Origin: Spirogloea muscicola
Taxonomy: Eukaryota
Assembly (NCBI GenBank): GCA_009602725.1
Contig: WELB01000009.1
Coordinates: 279,480-343,479, forward strand
Length of the DNA: 64,000 nucleotides
Reading direction: 5' to 3'
Positions 50,501 to 64,000 of this stretch are shown here, in pieces; the stretch's first letter is position 1; each line of letters begins with the position of its first letter. The notes under the pieces are model-generated. The model saw nothing but the letters and a program-made list of their open reading frames with translations, made no database searches and had not been told where the DNA came from. A program made the translations under genes and the position numbers.

Positions 50501-53500
50501 CGACGGGCAGGAGCATGGCTCTCTCCTGTGGCTGCTCGACCACACTTGCACGCCCTCCGGTGGGCGGCTTCTGCGCCACTGGGTAAGTCTTGCAATATTT
50601 GAACCAGCCCATTATCTATATGCTTGGATGGAACTCAGAGCCCAAATCTATTCCTTACTCTTAAATCCTTTGCTGGCTGATATGACCCCTAACGAAGGAT
50701 GTTAGGGTCTAAAGCAAGCTCTGCAAGATACTTTGACAGTAATGCCACTGACGGCCCATGAGGTGAATAACGCACTGCCAAATACGTCTGCTAGCCGCCA
50801 CTCTGGGGGAAAAGGCTCAGCAGCGTTAATCTGGTATTGGCTCTGAGTGTATTCTGCTTGTAGTGCCACCAGTGGCTATCTGACCTCAGAGATCATATGT
50901 GTGTGCAGACTTGTGGGTAGCCCTTGATGTCTTGGCTGCCGCATCATTATGGCTGCAGGTGACGCACCCTCTGCAGGACCAGATGCAGATTGAGGACCGG
51001 CTGGATGCTGTGGCAGAGCTGTTGGCTAGCCTTGGCAGCGTCAGCTCAACAGGGCTCAGCGAGGGCACTTACCCAGGTAGCGGTAAGGGCGGGCGCATCG
51101 TCGGCGCTGCCAGCCGCGGGCGGGGCACCGCCGCCGTTGCCGCTGCGGGCCCGTGGGCGCTCGTGCCCGAGGTGCTGGCAGCACTCGGTCGTGGCTCCGA
51201 CGTGGAGCGCGGTATCACGCGCATCTTCCATCGGACGGCGACTCCTGCTGAGGTGTAGACCCTCAAATGCAAACTCAAAGATGGACAAGCTGAATGTCTC
51301 ACATCGCATGCTATAATGCAAGGTGCAAAACAATATGTGAACAACTTAGTCCGCTATTGCCAGGTGGTCACCTACATCTTGGTCCAGGAGCTGCTATAGT
51401 TGCCGTGCTTGCTGGCTCCACATGTTAAATGCATGGAATCTTATGCGCTTCACCACTTTCTTCTCCTCATGTGCAGTTTGTGGCTGTCATGCAAAGCTTG
51501 CTCTCTGCGTCGAAGCAGCTGAGCCGGATATGGCCAGTCGCAGTTAGCAGCGACGCCAGCGTGCCTGAGGAGGTCAGGGGACCACCGACCGGCAGCTCCC
51601 GCCAGTCGCTCCTGTCGCGGCTCCTGGCAGCCGCAACATCTGTGACGGTGCGGCAGCACGCAGCAAGGCTGCTGTCAGCCCTGGACGCAGAGGCGGCAAG
51701 CCGGGGCGACAAGCTCTCGCTGCTGGTCACGACTGGGGGCAGGTTTCCTATGGTATGGACATTTGCTCACACCACCTAAGCCTCATAGGCCCAGAAACGA
51801 AGACCTGAAGTAGTAACCACGTTCTATTAAGCTTCTGTTGTCGATGTCAGTGTGTGGACCAGCTGGCTACGACAAGCTCCAGTTGTCCTTGAGCAATGCA
51901 ATATGTTTCTGTCCTTATGAACCACTGCATGCATGCGCGGCAATGGCAGGTTGCCAGGTGCCGTGAGGGCATCAAGGCTGCAGAGAGCAGGCTGAGCGAG
52001 CTGCTCCCCGACCTCAGGAAGCTGCTGCGGAGCCCCTCGCTTGAGTTTGCGACGGTTTCGGGCACGTCGTACCTCGTTGAGGCACGTGTTACTGCACAGA
52101 TTGTGTTGTAATTTAGATTCTGTGATATTGCAAAAGTGGTTGCAGGAGGCAGTAGCCCGAGCACAGACTCCTTAGCAGAATCTGCACGAGGCATCTGGCT
52201 GGACTCATATTCTGTGGTCTTATTGAAGCAATCCAGTGTGGCTGTTATCTCCATACAGTCAAGATCCATTGGCAGCACCTGATGTGTGTTTCCGGGGGGG
52301 GGAGCTCAGGTGCCTGTTGCGCAGCGAGTGCCTGGGGACTGGATCAAGGTGAGCAGCACGAAGCGGTGCAACCGGTACCACCCGCCGGCGGTGCTGGCGG
52401 CGTACAACACGCTGGCGCTGGCGCGCGAGGAGCTGCTCGCCGCCTGCAATGCAGGCTGGCACGAGTTCCTGGGCGAGTTTGCTGGGCTGTATGCGGACTT
52501 CCGGGCCGCCGTCCGGGCGCTCGCCGCTCTGGACTGCCTCCACTCTCTAACCCTGGTGGCCAGGAACACTGTGAGCCTTGGCATTTAGACCTTTGTTTGG
52601 AAATTCTCATTGCACTCATAAGTCTCATATTGCGTGTACCTAGACTCTTGGAGCAATTTATGTCTTTGTCACAATACAGTGAGCTCATTTTCGGGGATCC
52701 ATTTCTGCAGGGCTATGTGCGACCTGTTTTTGCTCGTAGTGACGAGCCAGCGCAGCTTATCATCAGGGAGGGCAGGCATCCGGTAAGCCTCCATAAAAGC
52801 CTTCGAAATCCAGTGCTATGCGCTTCTTTCAATCAGCTCATTCCCGTACAAAAGCAGGTCATCACAGCCGCAGAGAGAGGAACAACAAGATCTGTCTAGA
52901 GCTCTTGCTTTCATTCCAAGTGCTTTGCTGCTGGCCTTTCAGGTGTACAAGAGTCACATTCACAGGCGGCAGCAATTCCCTTGGGCAGGTCCTGGAGGTG
53001 CAGCTGGCAGAGCGCTTCGTGCCAAATGACACGCTATTGTTGGGCGAGGGCGAACGCTGCCAGATCATCACCGGCCCCAACATGGGCGGCAAGAGCTGCT
53101 ACATCCGCCAGGTGGCCCTGATTGCCATCATGGCCCAGGTACGCTGCCACTCTCTTGTCTCGTCTAGATTGATGGGTCTTGGTGCTGAATGGCGTCCAGC
53201 ATGCCCTGCAAGCCAGCACGTCAAGATGTCATCATCGTACCGCTATGCTTGTTGATTACATCCGTATGCTCCAGCAACAATGGAGACTTCGTTTGTCTTG
53301 ATGTCTAGATGGGTTGCTAAGAACATTAGGAAACGTGTTGAAATTGAAAGGCAAAGCAAGTTATCAACTAAGTTATATTGACCATAGCGCTATCGGACTT
53401 GAACCGATGACCAAAAGGAGCACACTTTTGAGTCTGCCATGGTGTGCCCCATCAACAACTTCATGTTACGTGGTGCAGATTGGGTCGTTCGTACCTGCCA

Positions 53501-54691
53501 CATCAGTCAGACTGAGGGTGCTGGATGCCATAATGACGCGGATGGGCGCCTCAGACTCGCTCCAGCGCGGCCGGAGCACGTTCCTTGAGGAGCTTGGGGA
53601 GGCGTCCGACATCCTGCGGCTGGCAACAGGGCGCTCCCTTGTCATCTGTGATGAGCTTGGGCGTGGCACGTCTACGCACGACGGCGTGGCAATTGCATTC
53701 GCCACACTGCAGGTCCATATCATCTATGTTGTCAATCTACATGGTTAGACAGCATTCTGTTTGCTTAGTAACTTCTGTTGGATAGCGGAGTCCTCCTTCG
53801 ATCGACTCCTTACTGTCAATCATCTTGCCTCTTTCACGAGATCCTGGTAGGGCTTTGACTGTGTATCCTTGTTGCTTGCCACGCAGTATCTTCTTGAGAC
53901 GACGAAGTGCTTGACCCTCTTCGTGACGCACTACCCAAAGATTTCAGAGCTGCAAATCGACTTTCCAAAGCAGCTAGGCTGCTACTATGTCTCCTTCCTG
54001 GCAAGCACGGCGAGGTCCAACGGAGCCTCGACGCCTGAGGCCAACGCCGCCAACGGCAGCGCTGGCGACTCGGGCCATAATGCAGGGGCATCAGACTCAG
54101 TCACGTTCCTGTACAAGCTGGCGCCTGGGGTTGCACCTAGGAGCTTCGGCCTGCATGTAGCGCGGCTTGCTGAGGTCCATGCCAGCCACACCATTCTTGC
54201 ACTTTCATCATGATCACACCCAGTTGGCATCCTCCAGCGTGTGGAGATCAAGCTTAATGTGCAAGTCAGAGTACTAGAAGTTGTTATACTGATTCTCAGC
54301 ACTACTGCAATGGTCTATGCAGATACCGGAGACCGTGGTGAAGAGGGCTGCAGATATGGCACTGAAGCTGGAGGACGAGGTGGGAAAGAGAAAGGCGGGA
54401 CTTGGCACTATGGAGCTTGAGCCTAGGGAGATCGATGTTGCCACCTATCACACTGAAAGTGCGGAATGCAGTGAGGATCCACAAGTACGAACAGAGTCAG
54501 GGGTCTATGGATCCAGTCGAGACTGCTTAGCAGCTGTTGCTGATCAGGTAGAGGGCCCTGGCGTCAGCCACATAGTGCGAAGTCTTGTGAAGGTTCGGAC
54601 GTCCTCGTGTGCCGATAGAAGTGAACAGAGCTTACAGAATTTAAGACAGCTGCAGATGGATATTTCAAGGACTAATTGCTCCTACAGTTGA
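47555..54691 (+). CDS. MSH3: DNA mismatch repair protein MSH3 (MutS-beta subunit), multi-exon; start in or next to the gap
   Basis: [35 protein letters not shown]...[32 protein letters not shown] (MSH3-specific), Walker [22 protein letters not shown]...[24 protein letters not shown] and FLYKL...[10 protein letters not shown]. Confidence 0.97.
49855..49894. repeat. Perfect 20-bp tandem duplication in an MSH3 intron
   Basis: gggttaagggctccagattt x2. Confidence 0.85.
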
Positions 54692-55003
54692 CCAATTTCA
54701 CGCTTCCTCCTCTGTCCTGTGTCCTAGCTGGTACTGTTACTGCTGGGCAACTGATGTCCTTACAGATGCCAACAACGGGATAACAGTCAGGTTTCGGCAC
54801 ATCATTGAAGTCAGCGTAAAGTTGTAAGTGACACAAAGAGTGGACATCCCCAAGTGCAGGCCACAGACGTCGATAACAGTCGTTTAGCTCCTACAGCTTG
54901 GCACCTGATGTTGCTCATTTCGTATTGCAAAAAACGTGCCCAGCAGGTCGTGATGATCAACTTTATGTACTACCCAGCTTGCACATGGAGAGATACGTCA
55001 TGC

Positions 55004-58000
55004 TCATGCTGAAACAACGCAGAGCCTGTCCATCTGGATCCATTTGTAAGCCGAGCGGTCCTGAATTGCACGCACTACACTGGCAGCCGCCTCCATGGTG
55101 CTATGAAGTGGCGCCAGCTTGCGCTCAGCCATCTGGCGAGCTGCTGAATCCTCAATCTGCAGCAGCAGCAGCATCACTAGCAACTCCTTATTCGACGTCC
55201 ACTATAAAAAGCAGATGATGAGAATTGCCAAACAAACGGGGCACCTTCTCTCTAATACTTCGGTTGCGTACTTCACTGGACAATTGTCTGGTTGCTAAGA
55301 AACTCACCTTGTTAAGAGTTTGGGATGGGTCAAGCAACCGTAGGAAGTGCGAGAGTTGCTTGTAGAGGTCAGCCTCTGAGTATTTGCGCACCATCCGGCC
55401 TGTACACCTGCAACTCGACAACCAGAAACTAAGCATAGTCTGACCCAGTCTATCTGAGATATTTGATGTGGCTAACAAGTCCTTACGACTGGCCTCGTCT
55501 GCTTTTGGGCACCTGGGGTAGTTGGGACAGGCTGTTCCCTTAGAGGGGCCCTGCCCTCCGAGCACACGGAGGGATGGGCTCCTTGAAGTGCAGCCACACA
55601 ACTCCTCGTCACACTAATTGACAGGAGAGGGTGCACTAATTGTCAGGGTGTTACAAGCACCTACTCAGAGATCCATCATTTACACAGACATTACAGCAAG
55701 TCTTCTGTGAATGACATGTAACAAAATGAGAGCTGTACATCTTATAGTGATGCTGATTTTGTACCCTTCACCTCAGATTCTAAAAGGACTTGTGCATGCA
55801 ACCATGAATATGCAACCTTTAGGTATTGACAAAGATGATGCAGAATGCTTACAATCATCCATGCATCATAGTAGCATGCCACGAAGTCCTCTGCCCTTCT
55901 CTTGACCTGCACAGCACAGCACAGCTTCCACACGGATGTATTCTCGACCTTGCATGTCAACTTGCACCAGCTTCACTGGAAGTCCACATATCGCAGGACC
56001 GATCATTCCATCCTTTTGCATGTGACACCTCCCGAGCTTGAATACTACATTGCAGAGTTCCTGCCTAGCAACCACTCGATTGTGTGGTCTGACGGGCTTG
56101 CTGTGTATTGCCCATGTCTTTGCAAAAGCTTGATAACTTCTGCTGCTTACGAAGGAGCTCAATCCAGGAGTCCTCTCAGTTGATCGTCCTACCTGGTTTG
56201 CCAGCATGGCAGGAGAAAGCATGGTAGGGGGCCCTGATGCATGGTCTGCTGGGCATTGTGGGCAGCGCAGCGGGCTGCAGCTGCTGCTGGCGTCCACCCT
56301 GCCGGGCAGCGGGGTGACAGGTGATCCGTTGGAGGAGTCGAGGTGGGCTGGACTAACGGAAGAGCTTGAGGAGGGAGGGGGAGAGGGTGTGAACGGGAAC
56401 TTCTGGCTGCATCGCGGGCACACCAGCTCAAGTGGCTCACAATGGCGATACCTGCAGCAGTGGTGAGACACTCGAGGCTGGGAGTCAAGAGGAGTCCACC
56501 ATACATTCCAGAAAGCTCTTGCTCATGCAGGCGCATATGTAGTAGTACTTACATTAGCACATTGTCATAAGCTGGTCAATGACAATGCATCAGGATGCTA
56601 CAGGAGAGTAGGGCTACAAGCGCAGCTTTACCTCTCATCATCATCGAGGCTGGCAGCCGAGGCCAGCAGGGCGTCCTCCTTGGCGCTGTGCGTGGAGGCT
56701 ATACTCTGCCTGTGGTACTGCAAGTAGGACAAGGGCATCAGCTCACATGGTTACACCAATCAGGTGGACAAGGTCCCCTTTTCAATCCCTTTTTGTAAGG
56801 GCTGGCTGCCGCTCTGTTATTGCAGCTTAATTATACAATTCACAATATTGTAGATTGCAGGCTTACCTTGGTCGTGTCCAAGCCCAAGCAGTCTGCCAAG
56901 CGAGCTGGATCGGTGCCCTCAATGGGCGCGCAGAGCCTTGACACCACAGGGTGAATCTGCGGCAATTCATTGATTCAATGGTGTCATGGATCGTTGAGCC
57001 TCCAGGATCTTCTCATGTGGGGTGTCAGTCCCACCCTCGATTTGGCTGCCATCCCTCTTCAAGTCGAGTACCCTGCAGTCTGCCTGCCTAAAGTATTCGG
57101 TAGCACAAGCGCGGAAGCACTGGCCAACATAAAGCTACCAAAGGCAACCTGAATAACAGGACGCCAGCCACTCTGTTTGTGTTGACTGCTTGCAGATGAA
57201 TATTCAAGCTCATTGGATGCTTTGATTTGCGTATACAGGCGTGCCTCTGACCTGCTGTGAGAGATAGTACTCAATGTCAACGTCCCAATTGCTACTGTCG
57301 CTCCTCAGTTCGTCTGGGTGGCGAGCTCTCTCCGCAATACTTCCCTGCACGGCAGTCCCTGATCCCTGCATTACCATTGTGCACGCAAGCTGCTACAGTC
57401 AGTGCATGACTAGCGAACATGTACTTGACCATCACATCCTTCACAGCTGCCACCTATAACGGTAGTCTATCGAGATACCGGCACCGGCAATGCATCACAG
57501 TGCGGCATACCCTGTCCTTGCAGATGATATATGGAACTGTGTCATTGGCTGCACAACCGTCCCGCCTTCCGCTCTGTTTCCTCCTGAGTGCCACCTGTTC
57601 AGCACACGTTGGACAGTGAGCAGCTGATAATCCGAGACAGAGAGTGCACAAGGAGTCAGCTTGATGCGCTGAGGGGTTCAAATCCGCGCCTTGCAGATCA
57701 TGTGCAGGTGACGTAAAGGCCAGCTCAACTGCAACTGCCTTTCAGATGAAATGCAGACTCAAGTGAGTCACAACTTAGAACTTAGACAACCCACCTGCAC
57801 GTGCGGTTGGCTCCGGGCGTCGGGATAGTCCTCTGGGGCCTTGGTCAGCGTCTTTGTGATCTCGTACTTGTCCAACTCCACTTCCCCTGCCCTCATGCGC
57901 TTGGCCAGCTGCTTGGCCAGCACATCACCTCCAGCTTCAGTTGTGACTCTGTGTACTTCTGCATTGCTGGCTAGCCGTCAGAGTGTCGCAGGGCTGCTTG

Positions 58001-61000
58001 AGAGTGCACGCAACTAGAAAGTGAGAGGAGGAGAAACAAGATGGGTTGACTCACGTCACTGAGATGCTCGTGGATGGCGCTCACAACATCTTCACGAGAG
58101 CTGCCAGGCCAAGGATTGCAAGTCACAAACTGAACCTACATCAGTTGGCTTCATTTGGAAAGAGAGTGCTACTTCCACCTGACTGTGATCTTACTGGAGC
58201 AGAAGCTAAGAAGACTAAGCTTAGGAGCTAGCTAGTTGCACTACCTTCCAGATAATATTTGCTGCAGGCAGTAGTTCCCAACGTCCTTGGACAGGATGCT
58301 CCAGTCGCGCCGTACAATGTCAAGGCCCTTCTGTTCCATCACCTGTCACAAGCAGTAGCTCATCTTTGATGCATGGACATGCGTACCAAACTTCAACTAG
58401 GACAAGACAAGTGGAGCATACGTGCCCACTGATTATTCTGTTCCCTGGACTTCAGAATACAGCAGAGAGAATACATACAGAGAGGGAATGCAGCACGCTG
58501 ACTATGCACGGACTAGTCTTGCGCATCAAGGCCGAGGAATTTACTTCTTTAAACGTTCCATCGCCATTGGGCTCCATCTTGATGCATGCATACTTTTTCT
58601 TCTTGAGGAGCAGCATGCGCTTGAAGACACCGTCGACCTCAATCTCCAACAGCTTATACCTCTTATTGACCTGAAACATCCACTTTGAGCTGCTTTGAGC
58701 TTATCTGCAGCATCGTCTTCTATGGCAATGACTGGTGTTGTTGCTCTACATGCAAGATGGGAAACAGCCTGAGCTCGCCTGTGAAGCATCAACTTGCAAC
58801 TGGACATGTGCCTATAGAAACCCAGCTTTGCGAGCAACTGACTGGATGTATTGCATGGTATGCTTGCATGAATTGGAGCCTGCGCCAGGGCGTCAGCAAG
58901 AAGGCCTATCCGACACATCAGTAAATGCATTTGCCTTCTGATGCATAGCTGATCACCTCCTTCTTCACACGGGCTCCCACTGCCCACACTTTCGAGAGCT
59001 CGTCGAGGCCCGTGTGAATCATGATAGAGTCTGTGTCTCCATAGATGACCTGCACATCAGAAACGAAGAAGCTGGTGATGCTGCTGATGACCTGCAAGCA
59101 CTGCTGAAGTGCATGACAACGTCGCATATCCCCGTGCCAGGAATATAATTCATTGTTGAGACCTTCCCTTGGTGAAATTCTGTAAAGCGGGCATCTACCT
59201 CCAGGTTGAGGTTGTTCTGCACCAAGTCGACGGTGCTTTGCAGAATCTCACGACCCTGCAGAAAGCATGCAAACAGATAAGTATACGTGCAACTGTTGGT
59301 TCTATTACAGAATGCCCAAGAGCTTGCGCACAGGAAGACAGAAGCTGTACAAGGCTTACTTGCGAGGTAATGAGCTCTGCAAGCGGTTTCGCATAGAAGC
59401 GGGAGTTGGTGAAGCCGAGGCAGCCATACATGCTGCACCAAGAGCATATCCAAAATATAGTTATGGATCCCCACTTTCTCGTGTTACCGACAAACCAAGG
59501 TGACGCCGATGTGACTAAAGGCATGATATTTGCTAAGGTTGCGGAGGACACGAGGACAGTGAGTGTGGACGGGCACCTGTTGGCAGTCAGCTTCAGTGCC
59601 TGTTGGCGGATGTCGAGGCGCTGCCGCTCGGCAGCATCGCCCTCCTTCTTCATCATCTCCTTCACCTGCCGCCGTCGCTGCACCAGCGTTCTGATCACCT
59701 GCATTTCAACAAGCATCGTGCGTGAGTGCAGGAGCAGGAGGATCTTAGTCTCGCCTCGCCTGTTGCAAGAGTACTTCTACTGACACGTGCAACACAATGG
59801 GTTTTCTTATCCAATAGGTCCAAAGCAGACCTGCGGCAGGACGCCTCGCGTGCCATCCGTGGGCAGCGCTGGCACGGTGGAGGCAGCTGCGCCGCCGCCG
59901 CCGGTGTCACGCCCGCGAAGGACTGTCGTGAAGCAGATGTTGTACTCCTGGATGATGGACGGGTACAGCGAGTTGAAGTCTAGGAGCACGACGAAGCGGT
60001 CGTACAGGCCCTTCTTGGGCTCAAGCACCAAGCCACCGGCATATGCTGGCTGACGCTTCCGCCGGCTGCCGGCCGCCGGGTCTGCTGCATTGCCTACATC
60101 CGGCTCGTCTAGAAGCTCCGCATCCAGGAGGTCGTCGCCGTCAGCGTCCTCGGCCATCCGCCGCTTGCCACCTCCATGGCCGGCCATGACCCGGTCCCGC
60201 TCCCGCGCTGAGACCTTGTCAGGGAGAATGTACTTGCGCTCGTGGAACTCGTGGCACAGCAGCATCTCGATGCGCTGTGCCCGTGCCCCCTGCAACCAGA
60301 GAGTGCATTTGAATTAAGAGAATGTACTTAGGCTAATTGCCGCAATCAGAGGGGTTTTATCTTTTGTCTTTCAAGGGCTCTCACTGGCATAAAGCCGAGC
60401 TTACAGTCAACAACTGGTCGTTGCAGTGAAAGGAAACAACATGACTTCTGTCACTTAAGATGAGCATGAGATCAAGTCATCAGGCTGCCCTTTCTGCTCC
60501 TTAGCAACAGCACATGTACCTAGCAAGTTGTGACGACACACTTTCTAGCATCAGATCACATGCGATGCCAGGTGCTTGAGATGCGGTGTTTCAGGGGCTG
60601 GAAGTTACCTGCAAGGTCCGGGACCAGAGGTTGCCGGATAGCGCAGTGAGCTGTCGTGTCAGCGGTAGGATGCTGAGGTGGAACATGAGGCCCAGCGTCA
60701 ACCACGCATCTGTCTCACCGAGCTCCAGCTGCGCACCCGTGCCGGCACCATCGGTCCTTGCCATGGCTGAGGCCTTTTGAGACTATAAGACTGATGCGGC
60801 CACGCAATCTGCCAAATCTTATTGCAATTTGCCACTTCTTAACTGCAAGTAAAAGGGTTGTGCAGAAAGCTGACCAGCTTGCATAGCGAACCAGCATTGG
60901 AGAACATGGCGGTGGTGTCGGCGGGCGAGAGCTCCCGGCGGACCTTGCCGAGCTGACGCTCCGCCAGCGCCGTGAGCGAGTAACTGACCTGCGAGCTTGT

Positions 61001-64000
61001 CATGTTGCCAATATTGCCAACATCAGCGTCAGAGTCAGCATCAGCGCCACCGGGCACCTTGGCGAGCACTGTAGCACGGCGCTGCTCCATCAGCATCGCC
61101 TACCTCCCGCAGGAGCTCGCGTGCCGAGAGGTACGTGTCACAGAGCAGGCGCCCAGCGACACATGCCAGCGTGCCAGGGCCGGCGCCGCCTCCGCCGGCA
61201 AGGCCGCCGCCGCCGCCCAGGCGTGGCATCTGCCGCCGCTTGAGCCTCCCGATGGCGGACCAGTTTCCTACCTTGCATGCCTGTGCAACGACCATGGCTG
61301 GTCAGAGAGGGGGCCAGCTCCTGCGTGGCTGGCGGTGCACGGTGCGCAGGTCAGGGCGGCAGCGTCAGGGCAGCACCTGGAGGCGGTGGAGAAGAACGTC
61401 GAGGCCAGAGGCGGCAACGTTGTGGCCAACGAGCACGTCGGCGTCCAGCTTCACAAGCCGTGCCAGCAGGAAGCTCAGCAGCTCCCTCTCGCTCCCCTTC
61501 TTGCTGAAAGCAGCGGGCTCGCCAGTGCTACCACCGCTGCCTGCGTTCATGCGCGCCAACTCGGCATCGAAACCCATGGGGAACACGCCGCCGTCGAGGC
61601 GCCGGACGGCGCTGAAGTGACCCAGCATGTGTGCTGTGTTCCACTCTGCCATCGGTGTCGGCGCGTCTATCTGCAGCCACGAGTGGGGCACCCAAGCCAT
61701 CGTCAGCGAGCCCAAAAGCATTCACAAGGGCGCATCACTCAGTAGGAGGGAAAGGGAGAGCAAGGAGGAGGAAGACAAGGAAAGCAACTACCAGAAGCTT
61801 AAACGATAAGAGGTATTGCCATCAGACACTAAAAGATCGGCAAGAAAGAGATATAGCAGTATGACGTTTTTAAGTGTTGCCATGGAGGTGTGGAGGGGAG
61901 GAGGAGGGGGGAGGATAAAGGGTCAGAGGCAAGTGTAAGTGAGGCAGGTCATCTGCTTGAGCTGCCTGCTCACACAAGCTGTATAGAGGCCCACCTTGAC
62001 TGCACGGCAGTATACGACCGATGCCGAGGCGATCTCGCTGACGTTGCGCTGGGGGTCTATGACCGTCTTGAGGTCCAGGGATGCGACCACGAGCAGCGGG
62101 CTCGGGCGGGCCGCTGCCGGCGGCGCTGCTCCCACGTCCTTGGGCGATCCCACTGCGACCTCCATGCGGCAGTGGCTCACCTGCCACCACAGTCTCCCCA
62201 GCCAGGCATTGAGCCCGGCGTTCCGTTGCCAATACTTATGAATTATTCTAGACTATGTTCCTGTTTCAGCTCTTGCAATTGCTGGCCTGAGGGTGAGCTT
62301 GCTGAAGGACACCATCAGATGCAATCTGGCAGTTGGGCTCATTGTGATGGAAGGTGGCACGAGCAAGGCGAGGAGGGAGGGGTTTGGCAGATGGAGGGCG
62401 GACAGGCGGGGCAGACAGGAGGGGCCGTCTCCCACCTGGCCATGAAGGACCTGGGCGCAGTTGCGGATGGCCAGCCAGCTGGGTCCCTTGATCTTGCGCT
62501 TGAGAAGCAGCAGCTCCAGTGCACTGCCACAGCACGCCACAGTAATCTCGCTGGATGTTGTCAAATAGTTGTTATGAGCGCCTCGTACTCTGTGCACTCA
62601 GGCTCGTTTTAAGAAGGCCAGTGCCAATGCATGCAAGGGTGAGCGGGTCCCCACCTCGTGTTGGTCCCGAAGAGACCTGCAAAGTGCTCCCCATGGAGGT
62701 CCATGGGCAGGGCGGGGTCCTGTGTGCAGACGAGAGCCCCCCACATCATGGCTGAGGACGGTGCTTGAGATTACAAGAGCAACCGCAGCGGTCAGGCATT
62801 GGCGGGCTTGTGGGAGGAGGAAGGAAGGGATGAGGAGGGAGGGAGGAGGGAGGCGACACCGAGAAGGGGTACACTAGCTTCAGACAGTACTGCTCGCCAG
62901 CCGGAATCCCGGCCCGCTCGAATGCGTAGGACCTCTGCAAGCGCTTGCCGCAACTTGATCAGGGCTCGTTACTGTGACGGCGAGGCGCCCTCAGTGCAGC
63001 CGCCGTGAGCCATGAGTGCTGAATGGCGGTTTGCAGTGGCAGCGGATGAACCTTGACAGGCACCATGGTGAAGCTGGCCACGCCAAGCCTGGCAAGCTGA
63101 TCCCGGAGCTCCTGCTTAAGTGGTGCCGCTAGCACCTGCGCCACTCGGCCGGCACTCAGCAACCGCAGCCGACGCCTCAATCGCAATCTGCTCAGTTGGC
63201 AGTCAGACCTGGTGGCAACACAAGCAGTGCGCATGACGACCGACAGCACGTCGGCCCACCTGAAGCCGTTTGGTGAGAGCAAGCGCGGCGCCGAGTTCGC
63301 CGGTGGATGCTGCCGCCTCCAGCGCAGCGGCCTCGGGGTCGGCACCCGGAGCGAGCGGGCCGCCTGGCGCTGGGACAGCAAACATGCAGCGCTGGAGGCC
63401 CTTCACGACCACGCAGCAGCTCACACATCCGCCGCCGCTGCTTTGGCTGCTGCCAACGGTCGCCGCTACTTTGCCGAAGAGGTAGACGGTGCCGGGTGTG
63501 CCGCTGCCGCCGCCGCCAGCAAAGGCCGCCTCCTCGTGCGCATCGAGCAGAAAGAAAGGCAGGCTGCCATCTGTGTCCAGCGGCAATGCGCCATTGCCAC
63601 CGGCGGCAGCCGCGTCGTTGTCGGAGCCCGCCACCGCTACTTGCGGCAAACCTTTTGTCTCTTGGCCGACGATGGCAGCAGCTGCGGAGGCCTTCATAGC
63701 CGCCTGCCAGCCCGCCGAGGCCGTCTCTGCCTGGCCGGCCAGTGACGTCCGTGCATTCAAGATGTGCCGCCGGCAATCCTCCTCTGCCACCGGCAGGACT
63801 TCGTCGGCGGCTGCGCAGCCGGTGCTGCCGGCCAACTCGATTGCCTCCTCACTGTTGCTGGCCTCCCCACCGGCAATGGCTGCCTGCTGGGTGCCACCAA
63901 CTGCGTCCTCGTGGGGCCTGTGGAGGCTGCTCGCGGCCGGCACTGGCGCCATCGACTCCACAGGCCTGGCATCGACCAGGTCTTCGGCTGAGCTGCGGGC
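55004..64000 (-). CDS. POLA1: DNA polymerase alpha catalytic subunit (family B), multi-exon; 5' end beyond window
   Basis: [49 protein letters not shown], region [17 protein letters not shown]...[20 protein letters not shown], region [20 protein letters not shown], region [15 protein letters not shown] and C-terminal Zn fingers with [14 protein letters not shown]; stop at 55004-55006. Confidence 0.97.

Overview
Eukaryotic, GC-rich and intron-rich genomic window, most likely from a streptophyte green alga (inference from plant-type RUS2, GT37 fucosyltransferase and SPT2 together with a spliced bacterial-type PPK1). Spliced genes in order: FRA10AC1 (+), a GNAT N-acetyltransferase (-, 5' end missing), a small conserved uncharacterised plant protein (+), RUS2 (+), a GT37 xyloglucan fucosyltransferase-like gene with a very long acidic stem (-), separase ESP1 (-), polyphosphate kinase 1 with a transit-peptide-like N-terminus (-), SPT2 (-), MSH3 (+) and the DNA polymerase alpha catalytic subunit (-, runs off the window). 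The 16.5-26 kb interval is an accessory island. It holds more than ten extremely 5'-truncated, diverged copies of a restriction-like-endonuclease (CRE-like) non-LTR retrotransposon that share a structured 3' end. An intact 5.0 kb Ty1/copia element (442 bp LTRs, GTCAC TSD, half-tRNA-iMet primer site) has inserted into one of them. Two N-gaps and two single-N joins fall at gene 5' ends, most of them next to (GCC)n tracts, so several N-termini are missing. Exon limits were read by eye and multi-exon genes are given as spans.
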